DNA from: Octopus sinensis
Lineage: Eukaryota
Reading direction: 5' to 3'
DNA length: 64,000 nucleotides
Assembly: GCF_006345805.1 (NCBI RefSeq)
Contig: NC_043002.1
Location: forward strand, 86,986,001-87,050,000
The translations under genes were made by a program, and so were the position numbers. Shown here piece after piece: positions 50,176-62,554 of this stretch. The notes under the pieces were generated by a model, which saw only the letters and a list, made by a program, of their open reading frames with translations, was not told the origin of the DNA and searched no databases. Position 1 is the first letter of the stretch, and each line of letters begins with the position of its first letter.

Positions 50176-51785
50176 ATTGGTTGGTTGGTATCCTTTCTGT
50201 CTCGGGAGACAATGGAGTTGCGCACAATGTCCTGATACATTTCCTGCTGTGGCTGTGTAGTCCTATCCTGGACAAACACTCCCTCTGGCAGGTACCGCAA
50301 ATGTAGCGAAGACTGTTCCTGGCTGGTTGTAGTGCCATAGTCACTTGTTAACGTCTCTTCCTTTCTTTCCATTTCTCCTCTCTCTCTCTGTCACTCCTTT
50401 GTATTCCCTCTTTTACGGTACGTCGCCATTCTCCACGGTTGCCGGCAACTGCCTCCCAACCGCTAATATTGATGTTGCAGGCCTTCATGTCCCTTTTGCA
50501 AACATCCTTGTAACGTAAGATCGGTCTACCCACAGACCTAGTACCCCTAGCAAGCTCTCCGTAGAGTATGTCCTTGGGGATTCTGCCATCTTTCATACGG
50601 CTAACATGCCCAAGCCATCTCATACGTCTTTGTGTGAGGAGTGCAAACATGCTTGGTATTCCTGCTTGCCTGAGGACATCATTGTTGGGGATATGATTCT
50701 GCCTTTTGATGCGGAGGATTTTTCGGAGGCAGCGCAGGTGAAAGATGTTTAGGCGACGCTCTTGGCGTGTGTATAGCGTCCGGGTCTCACTTCCATACAG
50801 TAGAGTGCTGAGTACACATGCCTGGTAGATCTTCATTTTCGTGGTCTTGGTCAGCTTATTGTTGTCCCAAGCCCGTTTGGAGAGTTGGGCCATCGCAGCA
50901 GCTGCCTTGCCAATGCGTATATTGAGCTCAGCGTCATGGGATAGGTTGTAGGTGACGGTAGAGCCCAGATAGGTAAACTTCTCCACCTCTTGTAATCTGT
51001 GGGCTCCAATATGTATGTTTGGGATGTCCGATGTAGCCTGGCCCATGATGTTGGTCTTCTTAAGGCTGATAGCTAAGCCAAAGTCGTTACATGCTTGCTC
51101 AAAACAGTTAATGAGCCTTTGGAGGGCTTCTTCTGTGTGTGTTACCAGAGCGGCATCATCAGCAAATAACATCTCCTTGATCAGGACGTTTCTGATTTTG
51201 GTCTTGGCACGCAGGCGCGAGAGATTGAACAGTTTCCCGTCACTTCTACTGTGCAGAAACACTCCATCGTCTGATGTCTGAAAGGCATGTGAAAGTAAGA
51301 GCGAGAAGAAGATGCCAAACAATGTAGGAGCGAGGACACAACCTTGCTTTACCCCGTTTTTTATTTGGAAGGCGGCTGATGTTGAACCGTTGTGCTGTAT
51401 GGTGCCTTGCATGTCATCATGGAAAGACTTGATGATCCTCAGCAGCTTTGGTGGACATCCGATTTTTTGGAGCAGGATGAAGAGGCCTGTTCTGCTTACC
51501 GAGTCAAAAGCCTTTGTTAGATCAATGAAGGCCATATATAATGGCATTTTCTGCTCTCTGGACTTCTCCTGAAGTTGGCGTATGGAGAATATCATATCGA
51601 TAGTTGATTTGCTTCTTCTAAAGCCACACTGCGATTCCGGATAGATTCGAGAAGCAAGTAGTTGTAGCCTGGCCAGGATAACGCGGGCAAAGGTCTTTCC
51701 AACAGTGCTTAGAAGGGATATACCACGGTAATTGTTACAATCACCACGGTCACCTTTGTTTTTGTAAAGCGTAATGATGTTAACA

Positions 51786-51793
<8 letters not shown>
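50176..51793 (-). mobile_element. RTE (BovB-like) LINE, 5'-truncated, inserted in (TA)n; stop-free 481-aa RT ORF at 50348-51793
   Basis: NYRGISLLS...ESQCGFR...FIDLTKAFDSV...GVKQGCVLAPTLF...LFADD...FTYLGS. The C-terminal C2H2-like CGTCQRECLSRIGLHSH lies in another frame; 3' tail ends (CCAA)n. Confidence 0.95.
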
Positions 51794-51849
<56 letters not shown>

Positions 51850-51850
51850 A

Positions 51851-52160
51851 TCTCTTATTATAAAAGGCAGATTTTATCTGCCTCCCTTTGGGAGTTATAC
51901 AAATCTACAATATAGGATTTCTTCAATTACAATTTACCTAGCAGTTTTAAGAGTACAATGCATCGCGTCATGCCAGGTCCAGTTTTTAAAATTTAAACTC
52001 CAATTAAGCAAAATTTACAGAAAACTCACATTCTGGTGTGTGTGTCAAATGCTTTTCTTAGTCTGGTTTACACCACACGCAAACGCACACACACAGTGGG
52101 CAACGAATAAAATGAAAGTAAATAGCGACAGAGTGATTTGAGGAAGACTAAAGTGAAAGT
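51851..52160 (+). mobile_element. Helitron-like 5' fragment
   Basis: Starts A|TCTCTTATTATAAAAGGCAGATTTTATCTG; no 3' hairpin/CTAG found. Confidence 0.4.
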
Positions 52161-52259
52161 ATTCTGTCTATGACGCTGATAGATACATGAGTAAAATGTA
52201 TGGGAAGCTAAGAGCTAAGAGTGAGTGAAAATGTTCTTGGAAGAGAGTAATTAGTAATA

Positions 52260-52585
52260 AAGTAAACATACACTCATACATACATACATACATACATACA
52301 TACATACATACAACATACATACATACATACATACACACACACATACACACACACATACATACACACACACATACATACATACACACATACATACATACAT
52401 ACATATACATACATACATACATATACATACATACATACACACACATACACACACACAGTATTGAAGCTTGAGAACAATCAGATACATTTGCAACACATCT
52501 GTTGAAAATATTATTGTTCACACACATACATATACATATATACATACAGACAGACAGACAGATAGACACACACACACACACACAT
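52260..52585. repeat. (CATA)n/(CA)n compound microsatellite
   Basis: Read directly. Confidence 0.9.
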
Positions 52586-52639
52586 GATCCAGCATGGCCA
52601 CAACCTCAAGGCTGAAACATATAAAAGAATAACAGAATA

Positions 52640-53000
52640 TAAATGTGTGCAAAGTACAAGAAATATTAATGCAGTATATGTGGATTGGACAATAAGCGTA
52701 AGGCAGTGTCAATGGTGGTTCCAGAAATCCCGAGCCATAAACTACAGCCTAGAAGACGAGCCTCATCCTGAAAGATCTGTAGAACTCGACAAGGACATCC
52801 TGAAAACCCTGGTGGAACAAAATATCATCGTAACTGTTGAGGAACTAGCAGAGAAGCTTGGATTTGGTCATTCAACCATTCATTGACACCTGTGTGCTAT
52901 CGGAAAAGTCAGCAAATTGGGTCAATGGGTTCCTCACGAACTTTCCGAGTCTAATTGCATGCAGAGAGTGAATGTATGCTTTTCTTTGCTGTCATATCTC
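52640..53000 (+). pseudogene. mariner transposase N-terminal fragment
   Basis: TISVRQCQWWFQK...SLEDEPH...TVEELAEKLG..HSTI..HL..IGKVSKLGQWVPHELSESN..QRV. Confidence 0.9.
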
Positions 53001-53021
53001 ACCACTACTGCGCTATGTATA

Positions 53022-53651
53022 TCTATATATATAAAACTGTAGTTGTGTGAGTGTCTGTCCCCTTCGATTTAGATTCCTAACTACTCCCACATTTTGCGGT
53101 ACAGTTTAACCAAATTCGGGTAGCTTATAGTCGGGATTCATATCAAGCCCGTCTGAATATTACCGCGCGTCTACGATGAGTCTACGATTTTAAAAATAAT
53201 TTAACATCATTTTTTATTCCATTTTAATGCATAATTTTTCGTGTGTCGATGGCGGCGGAGTTGGCGTCCACGCTCACACCTGTGGGGAAGGGAGTGTAAG
53301 GAAATCAACGTCGTAATGCGTTGTCAAGGAGACCAGTGTTCTTTTAGAACAACGACTTCATGGCTTGAAGACACCAAAACAGAAATGGCTAAGAAAGCGT
53401 CTACATGAGTCTACGATTTAAAAAAAAATTTACCATCGTTTTTTTCCATTTTAATGCATTTTTTCGCTATTATATAAGGGAAGTAACTCTCTAAAAATGT
53501 CTACGATGAGTCAACGATTTAAAAAAAAATTTACCATCATATTTTTTCCATTTTTAATGCATTTTTTGCTATTTTTTGGCTATAACTCTCTAAAAATGGT
53601 TATATAGTTATTTCCCTTACAAACCCGAGCAACGCCGGGCGATACTGCTAG
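53022..53651 (+). mobile_element. Complete non-autonomous Helitron
   Basis: A|TC...CTAG|T insertion signature; subterminal hairpin CCCGAGCAACGCCGGG at 53624-53639; internal CTACGATGAGTCTACGATTT repeats. Confidence 0.85.
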
Positions 53652-54084
53652 TAATTATATAAGCGGCAAAATGTCTGTGTGTGTGTCCTTTATACAAATC
53701 CACAATTTTTCAGTTAGAGGGCTCGCACTTTCTATGGTCATTCAAAACCGTCCAAGGGTGGTCGTGCACATCTTTACATTTCCCCAGTTACCCCACAAAT
53801 CCATTATAAAATCAATAGAAGTGACTTTTTGGTGAATTTTCTATCCAAAACCCAATCAAAATGCCCGAAACTTGATACGCCAATTGAATGCCAGCTAGCT
53901 GTATGTGATTGGCCAGAAATTTGGACAGTACTCGCGTGTATGTGTGCACACACGCAGTTGTATATGCATGCACTAGCAGTATGACTCCAAGTCAAGAGTA
54001 GTATTCTTCGACCTCTGATTAAACCATTAGAAAAATACATGTTTGAACGCTTTTGCTTTCATAAGGAACCAATTTTAGTAATCT

Positions 54085-54171
<87 letters not shown>

Positions 54172-54315
54172 ATATTTTTTCACATTTCATTGTTTTATTT
54201 GCAGCATTGTATACTACGAGATTTTTTTTTACGTGCATGTAAGATATAAACTATCAGAACTACCTTACTCCGTGCGGTTTTTTGAAAGTTATTATTTTGA
54301 GGATGTACACATACA

Positions 54316-54359
<44 letters not shown>

Positions 54360-54859
54360 CACACACATGTATATGCAAGTATACATATTGTAATATGATA
54401 CAATCAACATGAAATGCTCTGAATAGTTTCGTAAAATTACGTTAAAATGATGTAATGCTTTCGTCAGACATTTAAACCTAAGTTCTGCTTTTGTTCAACA
54501 ACGGACCCAGGTTGTTTGCATATCCGATCAGTTCATTACGTCAACAATTTCAAGAAACTATTCATAGCATTTCCTCTTGATTGTATTGTACTATATTAAA
54601 CTCTAACAATCTGATGTTGAGTACTTTTGACTCTTAAGTACAACAATCTTATGGACGCTACTGTGACTTTCAGGATTTGATAATATCTATCATTATCACG
54701 GAAGAGACAGAATCTAAATGAACATTTTTTCCAAAGATAGAACCATACCACTCGTGTGGGTTAACAAGAAGCGCTCTTTTTTTCAGCCAGACTGAACTGA
54801 AATAAGATACCACTGGTTATACGATTTAAAAAAATGTCAAAAAAGTATTTCAATCTTAA

Positions 54860-56850
54860 ATCTTTAACGTTCAGTCTCTGAATTTGATATCTACAAAGGA
54901 TGAGAAGAATACTGCATTGGCAAAAGAGCCACACATAGAGATAATCTGCATACACGAACATCAGCAAAACATGGAAAAAATAGACATTTTAAAAGCCATA
55001 AAAAATGGAAGCAATTCAACCATCAGAGATTGGTCCTAAGTCCAAGGTCCTATCAAAATTTTAAGATCGGTTTAAAGTATCATATCTCATATAATAATTG
55101 TTTCATTTAATGGGAATCCAAACAATTTCATGTTAATGCCCCCACAAATGCAATAAATAAAGAAAACGTGATTCAGTTTTAACAATTTCACTGAAGTAAC
55201 TAAAGTAATTTCTAAACCTAATGTCAAAATCGTTAGGGGTGATACCGATGCAAAAATTGGGCATTTACCCAGTTGAAATGCCAAATATTTCCTAGACTTT
55301 TAAATGGAATGTAAAATAATTAATCTGAATGTACAATGCACAAAGACAAAAGATAAGCTGTGAATGTTCACAATCCCAAATCACTAGGGCAGAACTAGAT
55401 CATGCACGAATCAACAAAACAAGAGAATAAGGTGTTATGAATAGTGTTATGAACTGTAAAGCATAAAATGCGCTTTTTTACTGTCAATTCTGACCATCGA
55501 ATTGTGACAGGAAAGTTCTGGTTTAGCTTGAGAGTAAATAAAAACTCAAGTAAAAATAGAGTACATTATGACTGAAGTAAACATACCACTGATGTAATTG
55601 TGAGTCAGTCATATATGGCTGATGTCAAAAATCGTTTCATAACATCACAAATTCTAGATGATGTCAAGAGTGGCAACTCCATTTATATTAACGTCATAAA
55701 TGAATATGGAAATGTAACAGAAGCGAATATTCTAAAAGTAGAATTTAAAAAAAACTAAAAAAAGAAACCACTGCATCCTTTGGTAAAGTAAGGAGATAGT
55801 AAAGAAAAGTGAAGAATTGGAGGAAGAATATGGAGCTAAATCAAGAATAAGTAAACTCAAGAGAGCTAAGAAAAGAAAAGAAAAAAGCAACACGGGAAAG
55901 TAGGAAGCAATCAGATGAAACCTTTACAAAAGAACTTGAAGCTTATTTTGGGGATAAAATACTATAAATATAATCAAAAATCCTTGAGAAAACTAACAAT
56001 CTTCTCTCGCATGGACTACTGCGAAAAGGAAAACCAGTCGAGGAAAACTAAAAGCAAACAATCCTAAAGATTAAATTTAAGAACTCAAAGGAGCATTTCT
56101 CTAATCTGTTTAGACATGCATCAAACATCATAAACCAACCTATCTTTAATATTGTATAAGAAACTTTACCTATACATATAGAGGAGAACTAAAGAATTGT
56201 ATTAAGTCCTTTTCATATGGCAAGGTACCAAGTCTTGGCAATATACCCGTGGAAGAAGTATAGAAAACAGGAATACTTTAGGATCTATTTTTGGATCTAT
56301 TCCCCATATTTAAAGGGGAAAATTTGACAAGTCAGTCAGTCACCGGCTGACACTCGCTGACTATACATCGAAGAGGCCAGGGAGCAGAAGAAAGAAGATA
56401 TGCACCCAACACCAGAGCTGAAGACACCTCCGAAGGGGGGGGGGGGCGCCACGTCAAAACGGTAGAGGAGTAGGGGTCGAAACCGGACGTGGTTCCTCCT
56501 GATGATGTCTTGAGCTAACTGGATCCTATAAAGGAGCTGTTGTGGTAGCAGACCACCAAACACGGTTGAAATTCCTCAGTGTGTAATAAACTTTATACTA
56601 AGAAAAGATGATATCTGGGTGGAAGAGGGTTTCGTAACAATCCCAACAAAGGAAATCTTGGTTACGATGAATAGTTACAGCAACTAAAATCCATATCAAA
56701 ATGCTGCTATTAAGAAAACAGCCCTTTATTTCAACCGTTACAAAAAAATCAAGCAAAATAGTTTTTGTCCAGAGATATCAACATTATTGAAACGTCTTGC
56801 AACAGAAAAATCTTATTGAAAGTATCGAAGATCAGAACCTAGCGTTATTC
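54860..56850 (+). pseudogene. Old, heavily degraded RTE-X-like LINE ORF (AP endonuclease plus RT start), interrupted at 56330-56575
   Basis: IEIICIHEHQ, FNGNP...APTN, IVRGDTDAKIG, AELDHARINK, SDHRIVT, GKVPSLGNIPVE and KNLIESIEDQNL traces. Confidence 0.7.
56330..56575 (-). mobile_element. Unclassified GC-rich LINE-like 3' end with a (GACT)n tail
   Basis: GC-rich insert inside the RTE-X remnant; minus strand ends GTGACTGACTGACT. Confidence 0.4.
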
Positions 56851-57640
56851 CATGGAATTTCAGGGTCGATGTTACGACTGTTGGAGACACAGTCTTCACT
56901 GGCACTTCTTTTCTACAAGCCCATTAAAATTGCCGCTATTACCGAGTTTTTGTCCACCTCCGGGGGTATTCCTCCCACATTTACCTTGGCTGCGCGTCTT
57001 CCCAGGTAGATTGGTAGAAGCACTGCTTTGTCTGTCTTCATGGGGGTCGTGGAATGATATCTGGCTATCGCCTCACTGGTAAACCGTACCTCTACCGTCG
57101 CGAACTTCGCCCCTCTGGCAAAGTAGGTAGTGTCCAGCCAGATGGGTCTTAGTGCTTTTTCTATTTGTTCTTTTGCCGCTATCTCCATCTTGTTGGATTT
57201 CGGGTTATATGTTCTGTATGTGATACTTCTTTCCTTGATAAATATTGTCGCTAATGGGTGACATCTTCACTTCGTGTCCTTCTCTCTTCAACATCTCTTT
57301 GTGTTTTTGCATTTCATTTTTGTTGATACAGATTTCTTCTTTCATACCACTAGCCGCAGCTGCAAAGATTATTTTATTTCTTTCTTCCAATACTTTGTCA
57401 ATCCTCTCCAGATTTCTTCTCGGATCCTCCTCAGACGAGGTCATAGGGGACGAACTAAGACTTTCATAGTCCATCTCAACCGAGGGAAAACGCTAGCAGT
57501 ACCGCCGCAAGGCAGCAAAAACAAAGTGTAGAAAAACACAAAACAACAGAGTAACGTTACAATTACATGAAACGAGCGATCAACTAACGTAAACGCTCAA
57601 CCTCAGCCTGCCGATTACGTAAGACCGCTACTGTTTATAT
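56850..57640 (-). mobile_element. 5' region and frameshifted ORF1 of an L1/Tx1-like retroelement
   Basis: MDYESLSSSP... coiled-coil-like segment, then KALRPIWLDTTYFARGAKFATVEVRF...LLPIYLGRRAAKVNVGGIPPEV (RRM-like). No ORF2 follows. Confidence 0.5.
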
Positions 57641-57789
57641 GTAGTGGTCCCGTCTATTCTCGTCAGAGGGTGTCGTACTCTTGCTGCAGCGATAGGGAAA
57701 TTAAATAACATCGATTTTAGTTCAACCATCATCTGAGTTGATTTCCATTTCTTTGTGTGTCGATAAAATGAGTATTGACTCGCTTCATG

Positions 57790-58275
57790 GCCAATGAGGG
57801 TGGAAGATATTAAGCGACTAGAATCCTTCGATCACCTTTGTCTACGCCGCATCCTTCGTGTCCGATGGCATCACTTTGTCTCCAACAATTCGGTGCGACA
57901 CCAGTGCAGAATCGCCTCCCTCCGACAAGTCATTCTAACGAGACGTCTGCGTTGGTTGGGTCATGCCCTCCGTCGTCAACCAGGAGAATTCATCTACGAA
58001 GTAATTGCCCCAGCTCCCCTTCAGGGTTGGCGAAAGCGATGTGGTGGACAACGAAAAACCTTGCTGATGACAGTCAAGGCTGATCTGGAACTCAACCTAG
58101 GTCCCCATATCTACGGCGTTCGCCGCTGGAATAAAGAGTGGTTGGAGATCACGCGATCGTTAGCCTCAAATCGCCAGGCCTGGCCAGCGTTTGTGAGAGA
58201 TGCAGCATTGAGGATGAATGAAGTTAGCTCAATCCACCCCGGGTGAATACTGTAAGAAGAAGAAGAAGAAGAAGA
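57790..58275 (+). mobile_element. RTE LINE 3' end with an (AAG)n tail
   Basis: FDHLCLRRILRVRW...RRLRWLGHALRR...RKRCGGQRKT...NRQAW. Confidence 0.9.
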
Positions 58276-59063
58276 GAAAATGAGTATTATTATGAAAAAT
58301 TTGTGCTTTTTACATGTCAAAATAAACCCAAACCTGGCAAGTGTTTGAAGATGAGTATGCTTGATCATGGCCAGTTTGGAATTAAATGAAAACAGCAAGA
58401 ACAACAGTAAGAACAGCAACGGCAACGTTAATAATTTTAATAGCTTTCAACAGAATTTGCGTTACAGGTCGATTTTCCAAGCAGCCTATCTTTTTTTTCA
58501 CTCTACCACATTCAGGTGAGCCAACAAAATTATAGAATAACATAAAAATAATATAAAAGCAATAAAACTACGTGTTGTATTTATCACATTATTTTGGTTT
58601 CTTAATCTTTTTAAATTCCCAAATTCTTCGCAGTGCTTCAAATTTTATCACAATCTTTCTTCAAAATCCTCTAACACATCTAATCAGAAGATGAAAGGTA
58701 ATTCTACATTCTGCTTTCTTTTAAATCGATCTCTTTCTTCTCAGATATTGAAGAAATGTTGTAAATATGTCCATTCTCTAATTGGCGGGAAGTTTATGAA
58801 TGTTGTTGCTACAATACTTTGAAGTGCCTTATTTGGCCTCCGAGCTTCGACGCAAACGATACAGACGCCTGTTCTTCCGTCTGCTCTTATCTCTTCCTAT
58901 TTTCCATAAGGATTTTTTGATCGAAAATTCAAGAAAAACACAACAATAAGATTATCTTTTATTTATCGAATTGTTTTTGGTTATATATATACTGTACATA
59001 TATGTATTTACATATTTATTTACAAATGCATGTATACGTAATACACGCACACACATATACGAC

Positions 59064-59139
<76 letters not shown>

Positions 59140-59145
59140 ATATAT

Positions 59146-59278
59146 CACCTTGACCGACCAGTCCGTCAGGCGTTCATTTGACACCGCTGGTCACAGCACG
59201 CTGTCCACTCCTCTCTGGATCGCGCCTTTCTCATCCACGTGATCCCAATCGTCCTCCTGAAATCGTAACTCCACCGGT

Positions 59279-59280
<2 letters not shown>
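59146..59280 (-). mobile_element. RTE LINE extreme 3' fragment
   Basis: [37 protein letters not shown] followed by a short 3' UTR. Confidence 0.65.
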
Positions 59281-59314
<34 letters not shown>

Positions 59315-59348
59315 GTAAGAATGGAGTTGAACGACGATTTAACAAAAT

Positions 59349-59445
59349 TCCTTTATTCTCGACATATGTTTCGAAGGCTGCATATTCCTAATTTCGAAGG
59401 AATAAGGGGTGCATTATGCCGCCTTCTCATCAGGAAAAACAAGGA
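59349..59445 (-). ncRNA. Type I hammerhead ribozyme, minus strand
   Basis: Mirror image of 59574-59670. Confidence 0.8.
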
Positions 59446-59573
59446 ACTTATGTCAGCATCAAGATGAACAAAAACTCTTAGATGGCTGCCCACACGGAGT
59501 CCATAGCGATCGCTATGGACTCCGTGTGGGCAGCCATCTAAGAGATTTTGTTCATCTTGATGCTGACATAAGT

Positions 59574-59670
59574 TCCTTGTTTTTCCTGATGAGAAGGCGG
59601 CATAATGCACCCCTTATTCCTTCGAAATTAGGAATATGCAGCCTTCGAAACATATGTCGAGAATAAAGGA
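59574..59670 (+). ncRNA. Type I hammerhead ribozyme, plus strand
   Basis: Stem I TCCTTGTTTTTC/GAGAATAAAGGA; CTGATGA at 59586-59592; stem II GAAGGC/GCCTTC; GAAAC-ATAT-GTC. Predicted cleavage after 59658. Confidence 0.8.
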
Positions 59671-59859
59671 ATTTTGTTAAACCGTCGTTCAACTCCATTC
59701 TTTCATTTATTTGTATTAAAAAAACACACAGATTTCCACACGAAAGCACGTGATCTCTGCCCTTGGCATGTAGCTTCAACCGTGTTTTTCTGACGTGAAT
59801 TTGCTATCCAGGTATCGGTTAACCGAATTATCCATACTAAGATAATTCATTCAACTACT

Positions 59860-59954
<95 letters not shown>

Positions 59955-60045
59955 GATATATATGCATATGTATATAGGTGTATATTTATATTACACACAT
60001 ACATACACACTTATATGTATATACGTATGTCTCTATGTATGTGAG

Positions 60046-61798
60046 TCAGATATAAAGTCGTCTAGATATAAAGTCGTCTCCTTGTCGCCCAAGACAGCGG
60101 TATGATTCGGTTGCTGCATGGGTGTCTGAGCAGCTCCATTTGGAGAGGGCATTGCTCACCTGGAGACCGGGGAGGTTTAGCGCGACCGACTGAAACGGAG
60201 CCAGAACAATGTGTGGTAACTACAGAGGTATTGCTCTACTATCAGCTGCAGGCAAGGTTCTGGCAAATATTCTTCTTATCCGTCTGAATGGGTGTCTCAT
60301 AAATGATGTCCTATCTGAATCTCAATGTGGCTTCCTATCTGGTAGAGGGACAATGGATATGATTTTCACAGCAAGACAGATGCAGGAGAAGTGCTTTGAG
60401 CAGAATATGGATCTTGTCCAGGTATTCATTGATTTAACTAAGGCCTTTGATACTGTAAATAGGGCCTTTCTATGGAAAATACTTGGCAAACTTGGATGTC
60501 CGGATCATTTTGTATCAATAATTAAATCATTTCATGATGGGATGGAGGCTTGGGTCAATGTTGGTGGTACCATGGCAGGACCCATTCCTGTAGAGAATGG
60601 TGTTAAGCAGGATGCCATCCTTACCCCAACTCTCTTTTCTTTGTACTTTGCTGCTACTTTTACTCATGCTTTTGCTAAGGTTAGCTCTCTGGGAATATAT
60701 GTCAGATATCGATCTTCTGGCCGCCTCTTTAATCTTCGACGATTTGCTGCCAATTCAACGGTTTCCCAGTCTATTATTCGTGACCTCCTTTATGCAGATG
60801 ACTGTGACTTAGTCACTCATACAGTGGATGACATGCAAATACTCATGAATTGCATTTCTGCTTCTTGCAGGGCATTTGGACTCAGCATTAGCCTGGACAA
60901 GACTGTTGTAATGTTCCAGCCTGCACCAGGAAATCCATATATAGAACCAGCTATCTTGGTTGAAGGAACGATTCTGAAGGTAGTAGACAAGTTTGTCTAC
61001 CTGGGCAGCACACTCAGCCGTTCTTGCTCCCTGGATGAGGAAATATCAGAGAGCAACTAATTCCTTCCGGTCTCTTCAGTCTCGTGTCTGGTCCCAACAT
61101 GGCATCGCAAGGAGAACAAAAGTTGCTGTGTACCGTGCTTATGTACTGACATCGCTTCTCTACTCATGTGAGACATGGACTCTGTACAAACGTCAGGTCA
61201 GGGTCTTTGAACGTTTTCATCAGAGATGTCTCAGACACATTCTCAATGTTGGCTGGACCTCAAAAATTCCAGACACACAGATCCTGAGGACAGCTGATAT
61301 CTTGAGTATTGAGGCGATGGTACACAAGCACCGGTTGCGTTGGACTGGACAGCTTATTAGAATGGAGGATAGAAGGATTCCTAAGCAGATGCTCTATGGA
61401 GAACTTGTGAATGGAAGGAGACTCCGGCAGAAACCAAGGCTGTGATTTAAGGACTGTGTCAAGACATCGTTAAAGGCCTTTGATATGCAGGACACTGACT
61501 GGGAAAACAATGCCTGTCATCGCCACAGATGGAGGAAGCAGGTTAAGGAGGGGATCGACACTTTTGAGAGAGCACGTATCCAGCATGAAGAACTTAAGCG
61601 AGCTGCGCGAAAGCGCACGGCTCGTATAGTGAATGTGGAAAGCTTGGTCTGCAATGTTTGCAGTCGTGTATGCTTGTCAAGAGCAGGGCTCATTAGCCAC
61701 CAACGGAGCCGCAAATGCAAAATATAAGTTAGTCCTAGAGCGCACCATGTTCCTGAAGGTCGGCAATGGTCTTCCTCGGTCACGAGTGGACGGCCATC
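60046..61798 (+). mobile_element. RTE LINE insertion with an 11-bp TSD, lacking the endonuclease domain
   Basis: TSD ATGTATGTGAG at 60035-60045 and 61799-61809. RT (NYRGIALLS...SESQCGF...LYADD) at 60209-61060; C-terminus ending CNVCSRVCLSRAGLISH in shifted frames. Confidence 0.9.
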
Positions 61799-62149
61799 AT
61801 GTATGTGAGGGTATGTGTATGAATACAAATGCCTATTGGTGGCACTACCAGTGATTTTTGAAATTAGCCGAAATTTGAAATTCGAAGGCTTCCGAAAAAG
61901 ATTCAGCTGGTGCATCGGTCCTTGAAGTAGAGAGCCAAGGGGGAGGTCATAAATATCTAACGGGTACCGCCATAAAAAAATATAAATCTCACAGACCCTT
62001 GAATTTAGAGCCTGAAAACATCATTGTTCCACTTGGCAAAATTTGTCCCAGAGGTACTGGTTTTGATCTCCAGTGTTACGCTAAACTAGGTATTTACAGC
62101 TGTTTCCAGGATATTTATGATATGCCTTCATCGGAGACAGTGTGAGAAA

Positions 62150-62373
62150 ATGGTTAAGCAATTGTTAATTTAGATAAGATACGAAATAGAGAGTGTAGTG
62201 GAGGAATGAAAATAGATGTGAGATATACAGGGATGTTGCATTTGTAGATCCATTATTTAGGCAGAATGCTATACATATAAGATTCCAATACCTAGTGGGT
62301 AAAATCCAATAGTATTTAAAATTGGTCATCCCAAGTATAGAGTTTGTACACAGTGCTATTGAATCAACCCTTG
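62150..62373 (-). mobile_element. Tc1/mariner terminal fragment
   Basis: Ends CAACCCTTG|TA, a Tc1/mariner-type TIR plus TA. A separate trace at 62635-62690 reads EGAKINSQHHVKN. Confidence 0.4.
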
Positions 62374-62416
62374 TATATATACATATATATATACATACAG
62401 ACACACATATATATGC

Positions 62417-62448
<32 letters not shown>

Positions 62449-62516
62449 GTATATACATATGTATATATATATATGTGCATATATATATGTATGTATGTGT
62501 GTATGTGTATATAATA

Positions 62517-62554
<38 letters not shown>

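Larger units (their letters stand above)
59309..59710. repeat. 402-bp spacer-less palindrome containing two hammerhead ribozymes
   Basis: Centre AGCGA|TCGCT at 59509/59510; 201-bp arms with three mismatches seen. The mirror ORFs 59353-59610 and 59409-59666 confirm the symmetry. Confidence 0.95.
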
